64,000 nucleotides of DNA from Camelus ferus. Its lineage: Eukaryota. Under the pieces are notes generated by a model. It was not told the origin of the DNA, did not search any database, and worked only from the letters and a program-made list of their open reading frames with translations. Shown here piece by piece: positions 41,339 to 54,088 of this stretch (positions within the stretch are counted from its first letter, which is position 1; each line of letters starts with the position of its first letter). The DNA lies in the NCBI RefSeq assembly GCF_009834535.1, contig NC_045696.1, positions 116,810,001 through 116,874,000 on the forward strand. The letters run 5' to 3'. Both the position numbers and the translations under genes were made by a program.

Positions 41339-41345
41339 TATATAT
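41285..41345. repeat. Compound (TG)n(TA)n(CA)n microsatellite
   Basis: About 60 nt of alternating purine-pyrimidine sequence. Confidence 0.9.
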
Positions 41346-42067
41346 GCAAAATATTCATGACAGCAAGATACATAATTTTCATATACAAATACATGAAATA
41401 TACTTATATTTGCATGTATGACTAGAAACAAGCTAAATGTCCATAGACAAAAAAAAATGCATAAAAGGCACAGTCATGACATAGGATGCTAAAATTCTAT
41501 TAAATTAGACTTACATGAAAATAAAAGGAAAATGAATGCAATAGTGCCTACCTGTTAGTATAGAAATATTTCAAAATAATGTTGAGTATGGAAGTAACAG
41601 AAGAGAGCTGACAACGTGACAATATCCTTCTATATTTACACATATGCAAACCTGAGTTATATATTGCCTAAGGAAATGTACATGCTGTAAAACTACCCAT
41701 CATCTCATGACTACAACAAACGGCAAAGAGCATGGAAAATGCAGTCTCTAGCTGGGTCACGATGTCACTTGCTCAGTGGAATTAGTAAAATTCTATTTTG
41801 TAAACTGGATTGAGGCTGCACAGTAATTTCAATCATATTTTCATATTATGTGTATTTTTGAATGTAAAAAATATTTCACAACCAAAAAAGGACAAGACTA
41901 AAGTGGTACTGGACTACTGAACAGTGGGACTTGACCAACTTCTTTGGAGTAGGGGTGTCGTAGGGGGTGGGGTGTCAGTTGCTTAAGATGAAGGACTCAG
42001 GGTTAGAATCTGAAGGAGGAATAGTTGTAAATAAGATGAGGGGTAGCGGAGGGAAGAACATTTCCAA

Positions 42068-42605
42068 TGTAACAGAAAGAAACAAATCTGACTCCGTATC
42101 AGATCTGTTCCTTTGGCTTTAACTCTGTGCCCTGTTTTCTAGGCTTAGTCTTGCTAGCTCTGCACTTTCTGTAAAACAATGTTGCCTGTAGCCTGAAATA
42201 TATAGGACAGCCTATTCTCAAGGCTCTGACTTTTAAGGATATTAACACTTTTGCACTCATATAAAGATAACAAGTCACAGAATAGAAAATAACATTTGTT
42301 TTGTTAGAGAGTTTACAGGGGCACCATGACCTGACCCACGTGGACAGCTGCAAGAACAAAGGATTCCAAGAACAAAGAATCCCTACACCAAGAAGTTTGC
42401 AACAATCACACAACCCTTCCCATCTTTAGTATAAAAGAAGCCTGAATTCTGATTTGGATAAGATGGTTCTCCAGGACATTAGTCTGCCATCTTCTCGGTC
42501 TGCCATTTATTTCTGAATAAAGTCCCTGTTCATTGCCCCAACACCTCATCTCCCAATTTACTGTCCTGTTGTGCAGCGAGCATAACAAGTTTGGACTCGA
42601 TAACA
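42068..42605 (+). mobile_element. Solo ERV1-type LTR, family A copy 1
   Basis: tgtaacagaaa...ttggactcgataaca, with TATA-like tataaaa and aataaa. Collinear with the copies at 49944, 61654 and 63055. Flanks ccaa/caag share only caa. Confidence 0.9.
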
Positions 42606-43015
42606 CAAGAGCAAATAAAAGGTGTGAGGGCCTTGGTCAGAAAAGAGCTCAGAATCTTGGAAGAACTGAAGGGAGTTCTGGAGGGTCGGGATACAGAGAA
42701 GGGGATAAAGAGGGGTAATGAGGCAAAGTAGAGGGTGGGCAGAAGCACATGGAGCTTTCCCACACCCTCTGTGAGCTACACTGAGCTACAAACAAAGCTG
42801 AGGAGTGGGGGCTCTGGCTGGGCAGCTATGTGCCCCATTCAATCATGGCTGTGCATGAAAGAGTCTCTCAGACACAAAATGAACCTGCATGGTCACCTCC
42901 ATCACTCTGCCCACGTATAAGAGAAAATCAAACAACAGTAAACGAGAAGGATATACAAGTGAAAGAAATAAATGAAGTAGAAAAATAGAGTTTAAAAAAT
43001 ATCCAACCAATATGT

Positions 43016-44798
43016 AACTATAAACCACTGATGAAGGAAATTAAAGAAGACTTTAAAAAATGGGAAGATATCCCATGCTCTTGAATTGGAAGAATCAATA
43101 TTGTTAAAATGGTCACACTGCCCAAGGCAACCTACAGATTTAATGCAATTTCTATCAAATTCCCCAGGACATATTTCACAGAACTAGAACAAAAAATAAT
43201 AAAATTTATATGGAACCATCAAAGACCTAGAATTGCCAAAGCATTACTGAAGAGAAAGAAAGAGGCTGGAGGAATAACTCTCTCAGACTTCAGACAATAC
43301 TATAGAGCTACAGTCATCAAGACAGCATGGTATTGGTACAAAAACAGACATATAGACCAATGGAACAGAATAGAGAGCACAGAAATGAGCCCAAAAACTT
43401 TTGGTCAACTAATCTTTGACAAAGGAAGCAAGAATATACAATGGAATAAAGACAGTCTCTTCAGCAAATGGTGTTGGGAAAACTGGACAGCAGCATGTAA
43501 AGCAATGAAGCTAGAATACTCCCTTATACCATACACAAAAATAAACTCAAAATGGATCAAAGACTTAAACATAAGACAGGATACAATAAACCTCCTAGAA
43601 GAAAATACAGGCAAAACATTATCTGACACACATCTCAAAAATGTTCGCCTAGAACAGTGTACTCAAGCAATAGAAATAAAAGCAAGAATAAACAAATGGG
43701 ACCCAATGAAACGTACAAGCTTCTGCACAGCAAAGGAAACCATAAGTAAAACAAAAAGACAACCCACAGAATGGGAGAAAATTTTTGCAAATGAAACCAA
43801 CAAAGGCTTGATCTCCAGAATATATAAGCAGCTCATACGACTTAATAAGAAAAAAAACAAGCAACCATTAATCCAAAAATGGGCAGAAGACCTAAACAAG
43901 CAATTCTCCAAGGAAAACATACAAATAAATGATCAATAGGCACATGAAAAAATGCTCTATATCGCTAATTATCAAAGAAATGCAAATCAAAACTACAATG
44001 ACGTATCACCTCACACCAGTCAGAATGGCCATCATTCAAAAATCCACAAATGACAAATGCTGGAGAGGCTGTGGAGAAAAGGGAACCCCCCTACACTGCT
44101 GGTGGGAATGCAGTTTGGTGCAGCCACTGTGGAAAACAGTATGGAGATTCCTCAAAAGACTAGGAATATACTTACCACATGACCCAGGAATCCCGCTCCT
44201 GGGCATATATCCAGAAGGAACCCTACTTCAGGATGACACCTGAACCCCAATGTTCATAGCAGCACTATTTGCAATAGCCAAGACATGGAAACAGCCAAAA
44301 TGTCCATCAACAGATGACTGGATAAAGAAGATGTGGTATATTTATAGAATGGAATACTATTCAGCCATAAAAACTGACAACATAGCACCATTTGCAGCAA
44401 CATGGATGTTCCTGGAGAATGTTATTCTAAGTAAAGTAAGCAAGAAAGAGAAAGAAAAATACCATATGAAATCGGTCATATGTGGAATCCAAACAAATAA
44501 ACAAAGCATAAATACAAAACAGAAATAGACTCATAGACATAGAATACAAACTTGTGGTTGCCCATAGGGCATGGGGTGGGAAGGGATAGACTGGGATTTC
44601 AAAATTGTAGAATAGATAAACAAGATTATACTGCATAGCACAGGGAAATATATACAAGATCTTATGGCAGCCCACAGAGAAAAAAATGTGACAATGAATA
44701 TATATATGTTCATGTATAACCGAAAAATTATGCTCTACACTGGAATTTGACACAATATTGTAAAATGACTATAAATCAATAAAAATGTTAAAAAAAGA
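43016..44798 (+). mobile_element. Younger 5'-truncated LINE-1 (ORF2 C-terminal portion plus 3' UTR), antisense to KCNH8
   Basis: ORFs 43109-43939, 43929-44243 and 44250-44528 give L1 ORF2p text ([44 protein letters not shown]). Broken by a 4-bp aaat duplication (43923-43930) and a TGA at 44241-44243. Ends in aataaa plus an A tail. Confidence 0.95.
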
Positions 44799-44799
44799 A

Positions 44800-45860
44800 A
44801 ATATTTGATCAATAAAACTAAAGGAAGATAAAAGAATCAAATTTCCAGCAAATGTATTCAAGGGGAAAAAAAAGAGACAACACCAACAATGTTAAGAATT
44901 AAAAAAGGATAATACATTTAGAAGATCCTTAAAATTATGAGATTATGTTGTGCGAAATTATATCAGCATAATTTTCCAGATTAAATGAATACTTTGGGGT
45001 GGGTAGTTAATTACCAAGATAGGCCGTCAAAGTGGTAAAAACTTCAGTAGCCCAATCACGGTAGAAGAAGCAGAGAAAAAGACCACCACATCCACACTGC
45101 CTATCACTTGCACTAAAGCCTATTTGAGATGGTTCTAAATGTCAATGTTGCAAGTCTTAAAGGAACAAATGATTCTTCTAAAGCTTTGCAGAACAAAAAA
45201 GCCTGAAAATTTATGAATTCAATCTGTGAGTCTGGAAAACTCTGATACCAAAACTAGATGAGTATAATACAACAAGATAGCTACATACTACTTCAAACAT
45301 ACATGTAAAAATCCTAAACAATACATTAGTAAACTGAATATAGAAGTGCGTTAAAAGAAAATGTCCCATGCTTGTGTGGGATTTATGCCAAGGATGGTTC
45401 CATTTTAGGAAATCATAATTCAGCAGATTTAAAGAGAAGAAAGCCCATGTTACTATCTCGTAAGTACTGATTTTCTAACATAACTCGTAAGGGACAGACT
45501 GGGAGTTCGAAATTTGTAGATACTGACAGGCATATGTAGAATAGATAAACAAGACTATACTGTATAGCACAGGGAACTCTATACACGACCTTGTGGTAGC
45601 TCACGGTGAAAAAGAATGTGACAATGAATGTATGTTCATGTATAACTGAAAAATTGTGATCTACATTGGAAATTGACACATTATAAACTGACTATACTCA
45701 ATAAAAAATGTAAAAAAAATTCTTGCTTTAAAAAAAAATTTTGTAATCAGCAAGCAATAGAAGGAAGAAATCTTTAACTTGATAGAGAATATCTATCAGT
45801 GACCAAGGGAAAACTCATGTTTAATGAGGTGACATTGGAAGCTTGACAGTTTTTACAATT
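44800..45860 (+). mobile_element. Old degenerate L1 ORF2 fragment hosting younger insertions
   Basis: A-rich L1-like text (ctgataccaaaactaga, aaaatcctaaacaatacattag, gtgggatttatgccaaggatggttc). It seems to continue at about 42920-43010 on the other side of the young L1. Confidence 0.6.
45488..45720 (+). mobile_element. L1 3' tail (lineage-specific family)
   Basis: Close match to 44580-44798 (gggacagactggga...gaatagataaacaaga...caataaaaaatgtaaaaaaaa). Confidence 0.88.
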
Positions 45861-46032
45861 TAAAAAATGACAAGATTTCCTCCCCAAAATGGAAAATAAA
45901 GCCGATGTAAGCTCATCATGGAAAATTTTGAAAATATAGAAAAATAACAAAATAAGGAATATCTGACTGTTTTCAATATCAACATTTCATGCATTTCCTT
46001 CCACATTTTTACTCCATTTATATTATTAACTC

Positions 46033-46186
46033 GGGGGAGGGTATAGCTCAGTGGCAGAGTGCATGCCTAGCATGCACAAGGTCCTGGGTTCAAGCCCCAG
46101 TACCTCCACTACATAAATAGATGAATAAACCTAATTACCCTCCCCCACAAAAAGTTAATTCAAAAAAATAATAAATAAATATTTAA
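46033..46186 (+). mobile_element. Complete tRNA-derived camelid SINE (Vic-1-like)
   Basis: A box tagctcagtgg and B box ggttcaagcc, with an A-rich tail. Perfect 14-bp TSD tatattattaactc at 46019-46032 and 46187-46200. Confidence 0.93.
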
Positions 46187-46744
46187 TATATTATTAACTC
46201 AATTGCAATTAATAAGTTATTCCTTGAATATTAAAAAAATACATGTATCTTTTACAAAGCTTAGAAATGTAAACAGTATAAAGCAGACAATGAATCTCTT
46301 TCATAATACCATCTCCCAGAAACAATTTAACATTTTGGTGAATTTATTTTTGGATTTTTGTTCTAGGCTTTCTCTTTTTTTTTTTCCCTCACATCATTGA
46401 CTTCATATCAGGTAACTCATCTTAAATATAATTAACACAGAAATAATCACAGATTCTAGATAAGAAGAGAGCTGGAGGGAAAAATACCTGTCAAAATACA
46501 TAGGACTGGACTCAGCTTTACTTGATTAAGAAAAGTATCTGTAACTCAGGTCATTCCATATGGATTTTATATACATCTATAATTATTTAAAAAACATGTA
46601 AAATTATTTTTTAAAGGTTGCAATGCAAATGGTCATTTGGCCACAAATTAAGCCTTGCTTTGGTGATGGGAAATGAAAGTGCTGAAAGATTCTGCTGGTG
46701 GGATGGTGGAGCCAGATGCCCCCTCAGTATGAAAAGGGTGAAGT

Positions 46745-47100
46745 CTGTAGTTGCTGGGACCTTGCCTGCCAGAGCCTCACCTCTCAGCCCTCAGTCCTCT
46801 ATGGTACTGCCTTTGGCTAAAGGAAGTGATCTTGACTAAGATCATGCCTCTTTCCCAGAGCAGCCTGCTTTGGGTGGGTGATAGAAGGACCCCTGCCCAA
46901 CTCTTAAGACCCCCCCACTAAACTTCCCTTTTAGCTGGTGGTATATTTGGAGTCAGCAAGATATATTGTTGCAAATGCACTGCTGCCCAACTTCTTCCTC
47001 AGCTCAGTCCTTTCTTTTCCTTGATCCTAAGAGGGCTCTCAAAGCTTCCTGCAATCTCCTTGTCAGAGCTGCTTCCCAGAGATCCTGACCTGCATGAACA
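46745..47100 (+). mobile_element. ERVL LTR16-like LTR, degenerate
   Basis: caacttcttcctcagctcagtcctt...gatcctaagagggctctc...cagagctgcttcccagagatcctgacctgca resembles the LTR16 3' end. Confidence 0.55.
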
Positions 47101-47849
47101 ATGTTGCACCTTAACCATTGTTCACAGGGTCTGAATAAACACAGCTACTTGGTGTTTAAGAGATGATTACTGTCTGAACTGTAGGATAAAGGATGCGCCC
47201 CAGGAAAAAATATTTACTATTTTTTATGATAAACAGAAGTGTCTAGAAGAGAAAGGAGAATGTAGTGCGTTATTACAGTGCCTGGTTTGCTCCAGGAACT
47301 AGAGTCCCTCTGGATTCATATATAACTGGTCCAAAACGGTTTAGGAAAGACACAAATGTGTAACTTCCACATTCTTAAATTTATAATTTTGAATCGTATC
47401 TATCTGTCTGGAATACATCTTCAAGTAGTTTTTTATTTTTTTCAAGAGATATCTATGGGTTATGCTTTTTATGGTTTTCCATAGACTGAAGTATGCAATT
47501 GTCTATCGTGACTTTGTTACTGAGAGTGTCACACAAGGCTGCCAATCTCTGGATCTGTCTGAGCAGTGGCGTGCCAGGACAGGGTGGTGGGAGCAGTCTA
47601 AACCAGATGTAGGCAATGAGGAGAAGTGTTGTCTGCAGAAAATGTAAAAACAATAACTAATCCAATTCCATTCCATTGGCTTTTTATTACTGCCATGTGC
47701 CAGTAATTTACATAATTTCAGTGACAAAACATTCCTCTTCAACCCCAAATCTTTGGTTGATCTTAATCCAAAACAATTGCTGTGGTTATTGCTCAATTTT
47801 AATCATCTCTGTACGTTTCAAAATTAGCACATTTATAGTACCATTACCG

Positions 47850-48915
47850 ACCAGGAGAAAATATTCCCAAATCTTTTATCTGACAAGGGACTCATGCCTA
47901 GAATACGTAAGAACTCCTAAAACTCAACATTAAGAAAACTGAACAATCCAGTTAGAAAATGAACAAAACACAGGAAGAGATATTTCACTTGAGAGGATAC
48001 CAGAATGGCAAATATTCACATGGGAACGTGTACAACATCACTAGTCATTAGGGAAATGCAAACTGAGAAATCACTACACACCAATTAAATAAGAGCTAAA
48101 AGGAAAAATAGTGACAATACCAAATGCTGCAAGGACAGAGAGAAACTAGGTGTTTCACACATTGCTGGTGAAAATGTAAAGGGGTACAGTCCCTCTGGAA
48201 AACAATTTGGCAATTTCTTGACAAACAACAACTAGATACATACTTAACCATCCAAACCAGCAACTGTATTCCTGGGCAGTTATCCCAGAGAAATGAAAAC
48301 TTACGTCCACACAAAAACCTGTGCACAATTGTTCTTAGCAGCTTTATCTGTAATAGCCAAGAACAGGAAACAACACAAATGCCCTTCAATCAGGGAATGG
48401 TTCAATTAATTGTAGTATATCCATGCCATGGAATACCACTCAGGAATAAAAAGGAACAAACTATCAAAGGAACAAACTATCAATATAGATGCATAACTTG
48501 GATAGATCTATAGGACATCATATTCAGTAAAAGAAAAAAAAAGCTAATCTCAAAAGGTTACATGTTATATGATTCCATTTACATAATATTTTCTAAATGT
48601 TGGATATGAACAACAGACTAGCATTGGTCACGGGTTAGCAATGGTAGAGGGTGGGGGGTATCACTATATAGGGAGAGCAGGAGGAAGACATTTGTTGTGA
48701 TGAAATAATTATGTATCCCAATTATGGTGGCGGTCACACAAACCCACCCATGTGACAAAATGGCACAGAACTCTACACACAATGTGCCATTGCCAATTTC
48801 CTAGTTTTGATATGCTGTAATTATGTAAGATGTAACCACTAGGAACAATGTGGACCTTTCTCCCTCCTATCTTTAAAAATTCCCATGAATCTATAACTAC
48901 TTCAAAACAGAAAGT
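47850..48915 (+). mobile_element. Old L1 (L1MC-like) ORF2 end and 3' UTR
   Basis: ggagaaaatatt...tatctgacaagggactc, gtcattagggaaatgcaaa, atcccagagaaatgaaaacttacgtccacacaaaaacc. Includes a 16-bp tandem duplication at 48450-48481. Confidence 0.8.
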
Positions 48916-49884
48916 CAAAGAAATTGTCAGGTTTTGCCTAGATTTTTTTAAACTGATTTTGAGTGCAGCATATTGAGGTCTTTTAAATGCTTTAAACACG
49001 TGAGAAATTGAGCACTGAAAGCTGGTTTTTCATGCTCAGTGATGCTGGCCTATTCCCAAGAGTTTGTGTCAATCTGGGAAAAGAATCTTCCCTCCAAACA
49101 TGCTACTTCTGTTACACATTTGTTACACTGAGCCCATCTTGTCAGAATACAACACTTTACTATGGTGTGCCAGAAACTTCATTACAAAATACACAAATTT
49201 ACACATCTATAAGGCAAAGGTGTGTATTTTTTAATCTGTTGCTCATACATTTCATGAGATACACGTGGTTTATGGTTACATTACTCATATTCAAAACGGA
49301 GCCTGCCACATAGCAAGTACTTAATTTTTCTAAATGAGCACATGAACAGGGTAAGTGAACACTTCCCTATCATGTATTTCGTATGGAATTAGGTACTTAC
49401 ATTTCTATTGATTATTGGGAATCAGGCTTGATGCTGTATTTATCAAATAATCAGTCACCATCATTGTCTTCATATTTTGTCTTTTTTAGCTCGTTTTTCA
49501 GAGAAACCCTCAAGGACCACTGTGCGTTAAGACTTGCATCTATATTTTACAGAGTCACATATATTTTATACCACTTATGATGTAAATATTTTTAGTTTAT
49601 TTATTTGTTATGAAGTAAACATTTAATTGAGTATAGCATATATACTAAAACAATCCCAGACAAATCAAAAGTGTGCAGCTTGATTTCTGGTTGGTCTTGA
49701 TCTTGAATATCTAAATCAGATAAAGATTATATATATTTATATGTTATATATATATTTATACACACATATATATATGGATATCCTACTGGTCTCCTTCTCT
49801 GTAGAACTGTCCTAGTACACCCATCACCTCACTTCAATAAGCATGAATCCATGTATAATCGTGTTTAGTTTCTTCCACTTTACT

Positions 49885-49927
49885 CCTTCAGATTTTTCTG
49901 AGCAACCTTCAGATTTTTCTGAGGCAA
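49885..49927. repeat. 21-bp tandem duplication
   Basis: ccttcagatttttctgagcaa followed by ccttcagatttttctgaggcaa. Confidence 0.9.
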
Positions 49928-49943
49928 ATTCAAGCCATCATAT

Positions 49944-50474
49944 TTTAACAGAAGAGAACAAATCTGACTCCATATTAGATCTAATCCTTTGGCTCTAACC
50001 CTGTGCTGTTTCCTGGGCTTTCTCCTGCTGGTTCTGCACCTTTCATAAAAGAATGTTGCTTAGAGCCTGAAATACACCGGACAGCCCATTCTCAAGGCTC
50101 TGACCTTTAAGGATATGAACACTTTAACATTCATATAAAGATAACAAGTTGCAGAACAGAAAATAATGTTTGTTTGTTGAAGTTTACAGGGACACCATGA
50201 TCTGACCCACGTGGACAGCTACAAGAACAAAGGATTCTAAGAACAAAGAATTCCTACACCAAGAAGTCTGCAACAACCAACCACACCCCTTCCCTTTTTT
50301 AATATAAAAGGAGCCTGAATTCTGACTTGGGGAAGGTGGTACTCCAGAACATTAGTCTGCCATTTTCTCAGTCTGCCGGCCTCCAAATACAGTCACTATT
50401 CTTTGCCCCACTCCTCACCTCCTGATTTCCTGGCCTGTCGTGTGACAAGCAGAACAAGTTTGGATTTGGTAACA
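49944..50474 (+). mobile_element. Solo ERV1-type LTR, family A copy 2
   Basis: t(t)taacagaagagaacaaatctgactcc...tttggatttggtaaca with perfect 4-bp TSD atat. Confidence 0.92.
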
Positions 50475-52549
50475 ATATCCATCTATCTATCTAAACTAAT
50501 CTAGTCAGTTTATCTATCTACATATACATACACACACACATACACATATGATGAAAAAATTTTAAAACAGAATCACAATACCACATAACTTTATAACCAC
50601 AGTATTTTAACATTATCAAATATCCAGTCTCTGAGGAACTATGGTTTTTCTTCAGCTGGGATCCTTAGACCCCCAGGGGTTACAAGAGGTGCTGTAGGGA
50701 TGGAAATATGCTGAGTGCAGAACAGGAAGAAATCACCAGGTAATACACAAAGCCTGGAAGTCCCATTTCTGTATGTCTGTTTTATAAAATGGGTTTCTAA
50801 CTGAGATTTTATTGAACGAAATGAAATGGAAATCACTAAATAAGTAATCTGTTTCAAACTGGGGGAAAAATATACACTAAGAGAAGTATACTGGATAATC
50901 CTTTACACAATTTCTGGCCTAAAAGACACGTTAACAGTGTTTAAAAATCGAGCTACTCATAACTTCGTACAGAGATAGGGGTAAGTCAGTTACTAATTGT
51001 AGCTAGAGTTAATTCATTTCCTTACTGGAGTAGGTGATATATTCACTTCAGTTGTTCTGTGTAAGGACTTTAAGAAACTGGGGGAAGTTTAGCAAGAATT
51101 GGCTGCAGAGACAAAAGGAGAATTGTTTTAGAATTCAAAGGCAGGACTTCAATTTCCTTTGAATAGACCCCTTATTGAGTCAGAAGAAATCAGAATAATG
51201 CCAGAGGATTATTACAGGAGCAGGTAGTTTTCCCCTGGGAGTGAGAAGCAGAACTATCTAAGATAAATTTTTAAACGTCTGAGAGGTACAAGCAGCAAAA
51301 CAGCAGGAAATAAAGTGAGAGATTAAGATAAACTAATATTAAGAATCTGAAAAGTATTAGTTATAATAGATTCTAGGTGTGAAGATCAAGATTAGTTTAA
51401 CTTGCCATTAAAAAGCAAGTGCATAACTTACTACAACAAATTACAAAATGACTCAAGAATTATTTACTTTGATACTTGTCAGAGCAAATTTACATTTACC
51501 TGCTTTTAAATGTCAGAAATTATTATTATAGCTAGATAATGAATGCATGAGGTTTTATTGCAACATGCTTTCTACTTTTTTAATTAAAATTTTTCATAAT
51601 AAAAATTTTTAAAAACAAACTAAAAGACATAAGAGTATGTGGTTATAATCTAAGTAGGTATCGAAACACTAGCCATTCTGAATCTTAGAAGTGACCACTC
51701 CCTATATTTGAAAATTAAAATCTGTAATTTTTAATATCAGAAAAAAATATTCACCAAACTGTTAACAGAGAAGGCAGAGAGGCAAATGGAAGAATAAATA
51801 CTTCTTTTTTTTTTAAATCTATGCTTCTTAATAATACTGGTGGAAACACATTTTCAGAAAATATAGGAATGAAAATACTTTGATGAATGATTCTTTGAAT
51901 CCTCTGAATTCATGAAAGTATCTTTCAGTCTTAAGTTCAAATAACTGGACCAAGGCTGGAATAGTTATCTTTTAATGAGCACCAACAATTTCACCGAGAT
52001 AGTTGTATGTACACACATCAGAAGTAATGCACCAATCTGCCAGAGGACCATGTATTTCTGCTTTTCATTCCATTTCTTTCAGTTAAGTTGAGTGTTGCCA
52101 GTGAAGTAGAGAACAGACTGGGAGAAAACTTTTGGCTCCAGTTTATTGAGAATCATGATAAAGAATTTAATTCCTAAAAATATAACAAGTACTGTGATAG
52201 AAACAGAATTCTCTCATTCACTATTTTTTAAATGATGAGTCACATATTGGTTGGGAGTTTATTTTACGGAGATTATAATCACACAACATAATGCATGATT
52301 CAATCATGAGAATGTGCTTTCTTCAATATTACCCTCTCAAAAATTGCAATTGTTCAATTGTCCCCAATCATTCCCATTAGTTTCTATTTCCACCTGCCCC
52401 TCACAGGATTTATCAAGACATTGAATCATGCAGTTTTCTGGAATCTTTCATGGGTAATGTGGCCCTTAAAACAAGCTTTTAAAGCCTCCTTGGGTGTTCT
52501 GTAGAAGAATTCAAGTCAAAATGTTTGCACTGAAAGATGCCAAAGGTTT

Positions 52550-52671
52550 TGTTTGTTTGTACTTTTTTGTGGTGGGGAGGTGATTCGATTTATTTATTTA
52601 TTTTATGAAGAGGTACTGGGGATTGAACCCAGGACCTTGTGCATGCTAAGCATGAGCTATATCCTCCCCCA
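52550..52671 (-). mobile_element. tRNA-derived camelid SINE (Vic-1-like) with small internal deletion
   Basis: gaggtactggggattgaacccaggaccttgtgcatgctaagcat is the reverse complement of the other SINE copies; flanked by aaaggttt on both sides. Confidence 0.87.
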
Positions 52672-53179
52672 CTAAAGGTTTAGTTCTAGTTCTAGTGTGC
52701 AGAATCTGGAGTGAGCAATTGGGAGAAACATGGTGTAAAAGACCCCCAAAACCATTATGGAAAATAAAACTGATGGGAAAAAGAGTTCAGAAACATAAGA
52801 TAGATTAAAACACAAAATTGCAAATATTAGACACCAGAAACGGTAGACAGAGTCGTCTTTTAGAAGAGAAAGGATTTCATGTGGATCTAGGAGCAGACAA
52901 TGACGATGGATATTAGGCAAGAGGAAAATACGACCCAAGGCTTAGGGGTGGCAATAGCATGATAAATTCAGGGAAGGGTAAGGCAATCAGCTTAAGAGAA
53001 TAGCAATTTTCAAAATGCTCTAAAAATCTGGAAGCATTTTTGGGAACTATCAGAGGGATAAGAACAAATGCATTTGATTATTATAAGCAACATTTAGAAA
53101 GTTTCAGAAATGTTTCTCTTCCAGAAAAAGGTAATAGAAAAACTGGGAGAGAGAGGGAGACATAGGGAGAAATAGAGGA

Positions 53180-53420
53180 ATCAACATTTATTGAGCCTCT
53201 GTTACATTTCAGTTAACCATTGTGCATAAACTATAGTAATTTAAGACTCATATTAACCCCATCAGGTCAATTTTATCCTCTCAGCTTAGTATTTGAGAAG
53301 ACTGAGGTAAGAGAGCTGATGGTCCTTGCTCACTGTCATACAACTAGGAATATATGGCTCTGGCATCCATTTGGAGGTCTACATGTCTCTAAAACCCATG
53401 CATTTTCCACTAAACATACT
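53180..53420 (-). mobile_element. MIR SINE fragment
   Basis: aacatttattgagcctct...tgagaagactgaggtaagagag...tcatacaactag. Confidence 0.55.
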
Positions 53421-53577
53421 GCATTAAAGAGAATGATGACAATCATGTACCTCTTATAAAATGAGAAACCATTGATTCTACTGAAGCTGAAAGAAAAAAA
53501 AATATGAAAAAGGACTCATGAGGAGGAGATGGTGGAAAGCGGGGTGAAATGGAATGGCTTCCCGGAGCGTGGTGCAC

Positions 53578-54088
53578 TGCAGGTACGGCCGCCAAACAAT
53601 CCTCACATTCTCACCCATGCATGCCTCTCTCAAATCGTAGGGTTTGCTTCCTCTTGCCTTGCATTTGAGCTGGTCCTGGGGCTTTCTTTGACCAACAGAC
53701 TATGGCAGCAGAGATGATGTGTGCTTCTGTATTTCCCTTCTTTGGATGCAGCCTCTGTGCAAATTAGCAGACTCAACTACTGAATAATAAAGAGTGACAG
53801 TAAGAGATAGAGATAGAGGAAGAGAAACAGGAAAAAGAGAGAGAGAGACCGAGACAACCCCCGGTGAGTCCACCCTCCTCACTGAGGGCACCAGATGTGT
53901 GAAGTCCTTTGGGATGCTCCAGCCCTGGCCTACTTCCAAGCTAACAGCAGCTACGCAAGTGGCTCCAGACACCACCACTTGGAACAAAAGAACCACACCA
54001 GCTACCCCAAAAGTCACAAGAAATAATAAACTGCTGTTGTTTTCAAGTTCTGGAGAAATCTGTTATGTAGCAAAGGCTGATGGATACA
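53578..54088 (+). mobile_element. MaLR LTR (MLT1G/H-like)
   Basis: ctttgaccaacagactatggcagcagagatgatgtgtgcttct...aaataataaactgctgttgttttcaag...tgttatgtagcaaaggctgatggataca. Confidence 0.7.

Noticed and set aside
42996..43013. Candidate TSD for the young L1 (aaaatatccaaccaata versus aaaatatttgatcaata near 44798)
   Set aside because: Four mismatches in 17 bp is too many to assert for such a well-preserved element.
43109..44528. The longest ORFs (276, 104 and 92 aa) as a host gene
   Set aside because: They are broken pieces of L1 ORF2p in a 5'-truncated element.
46033..46110. tRNA gene (also at 19892, 23879, 41020 and 52550)
   Set aside because: A and B boxes are present, but each copy continues into a SINE body or A-rich tail and several have TSDs. 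They are tRNA-derived SINEs.
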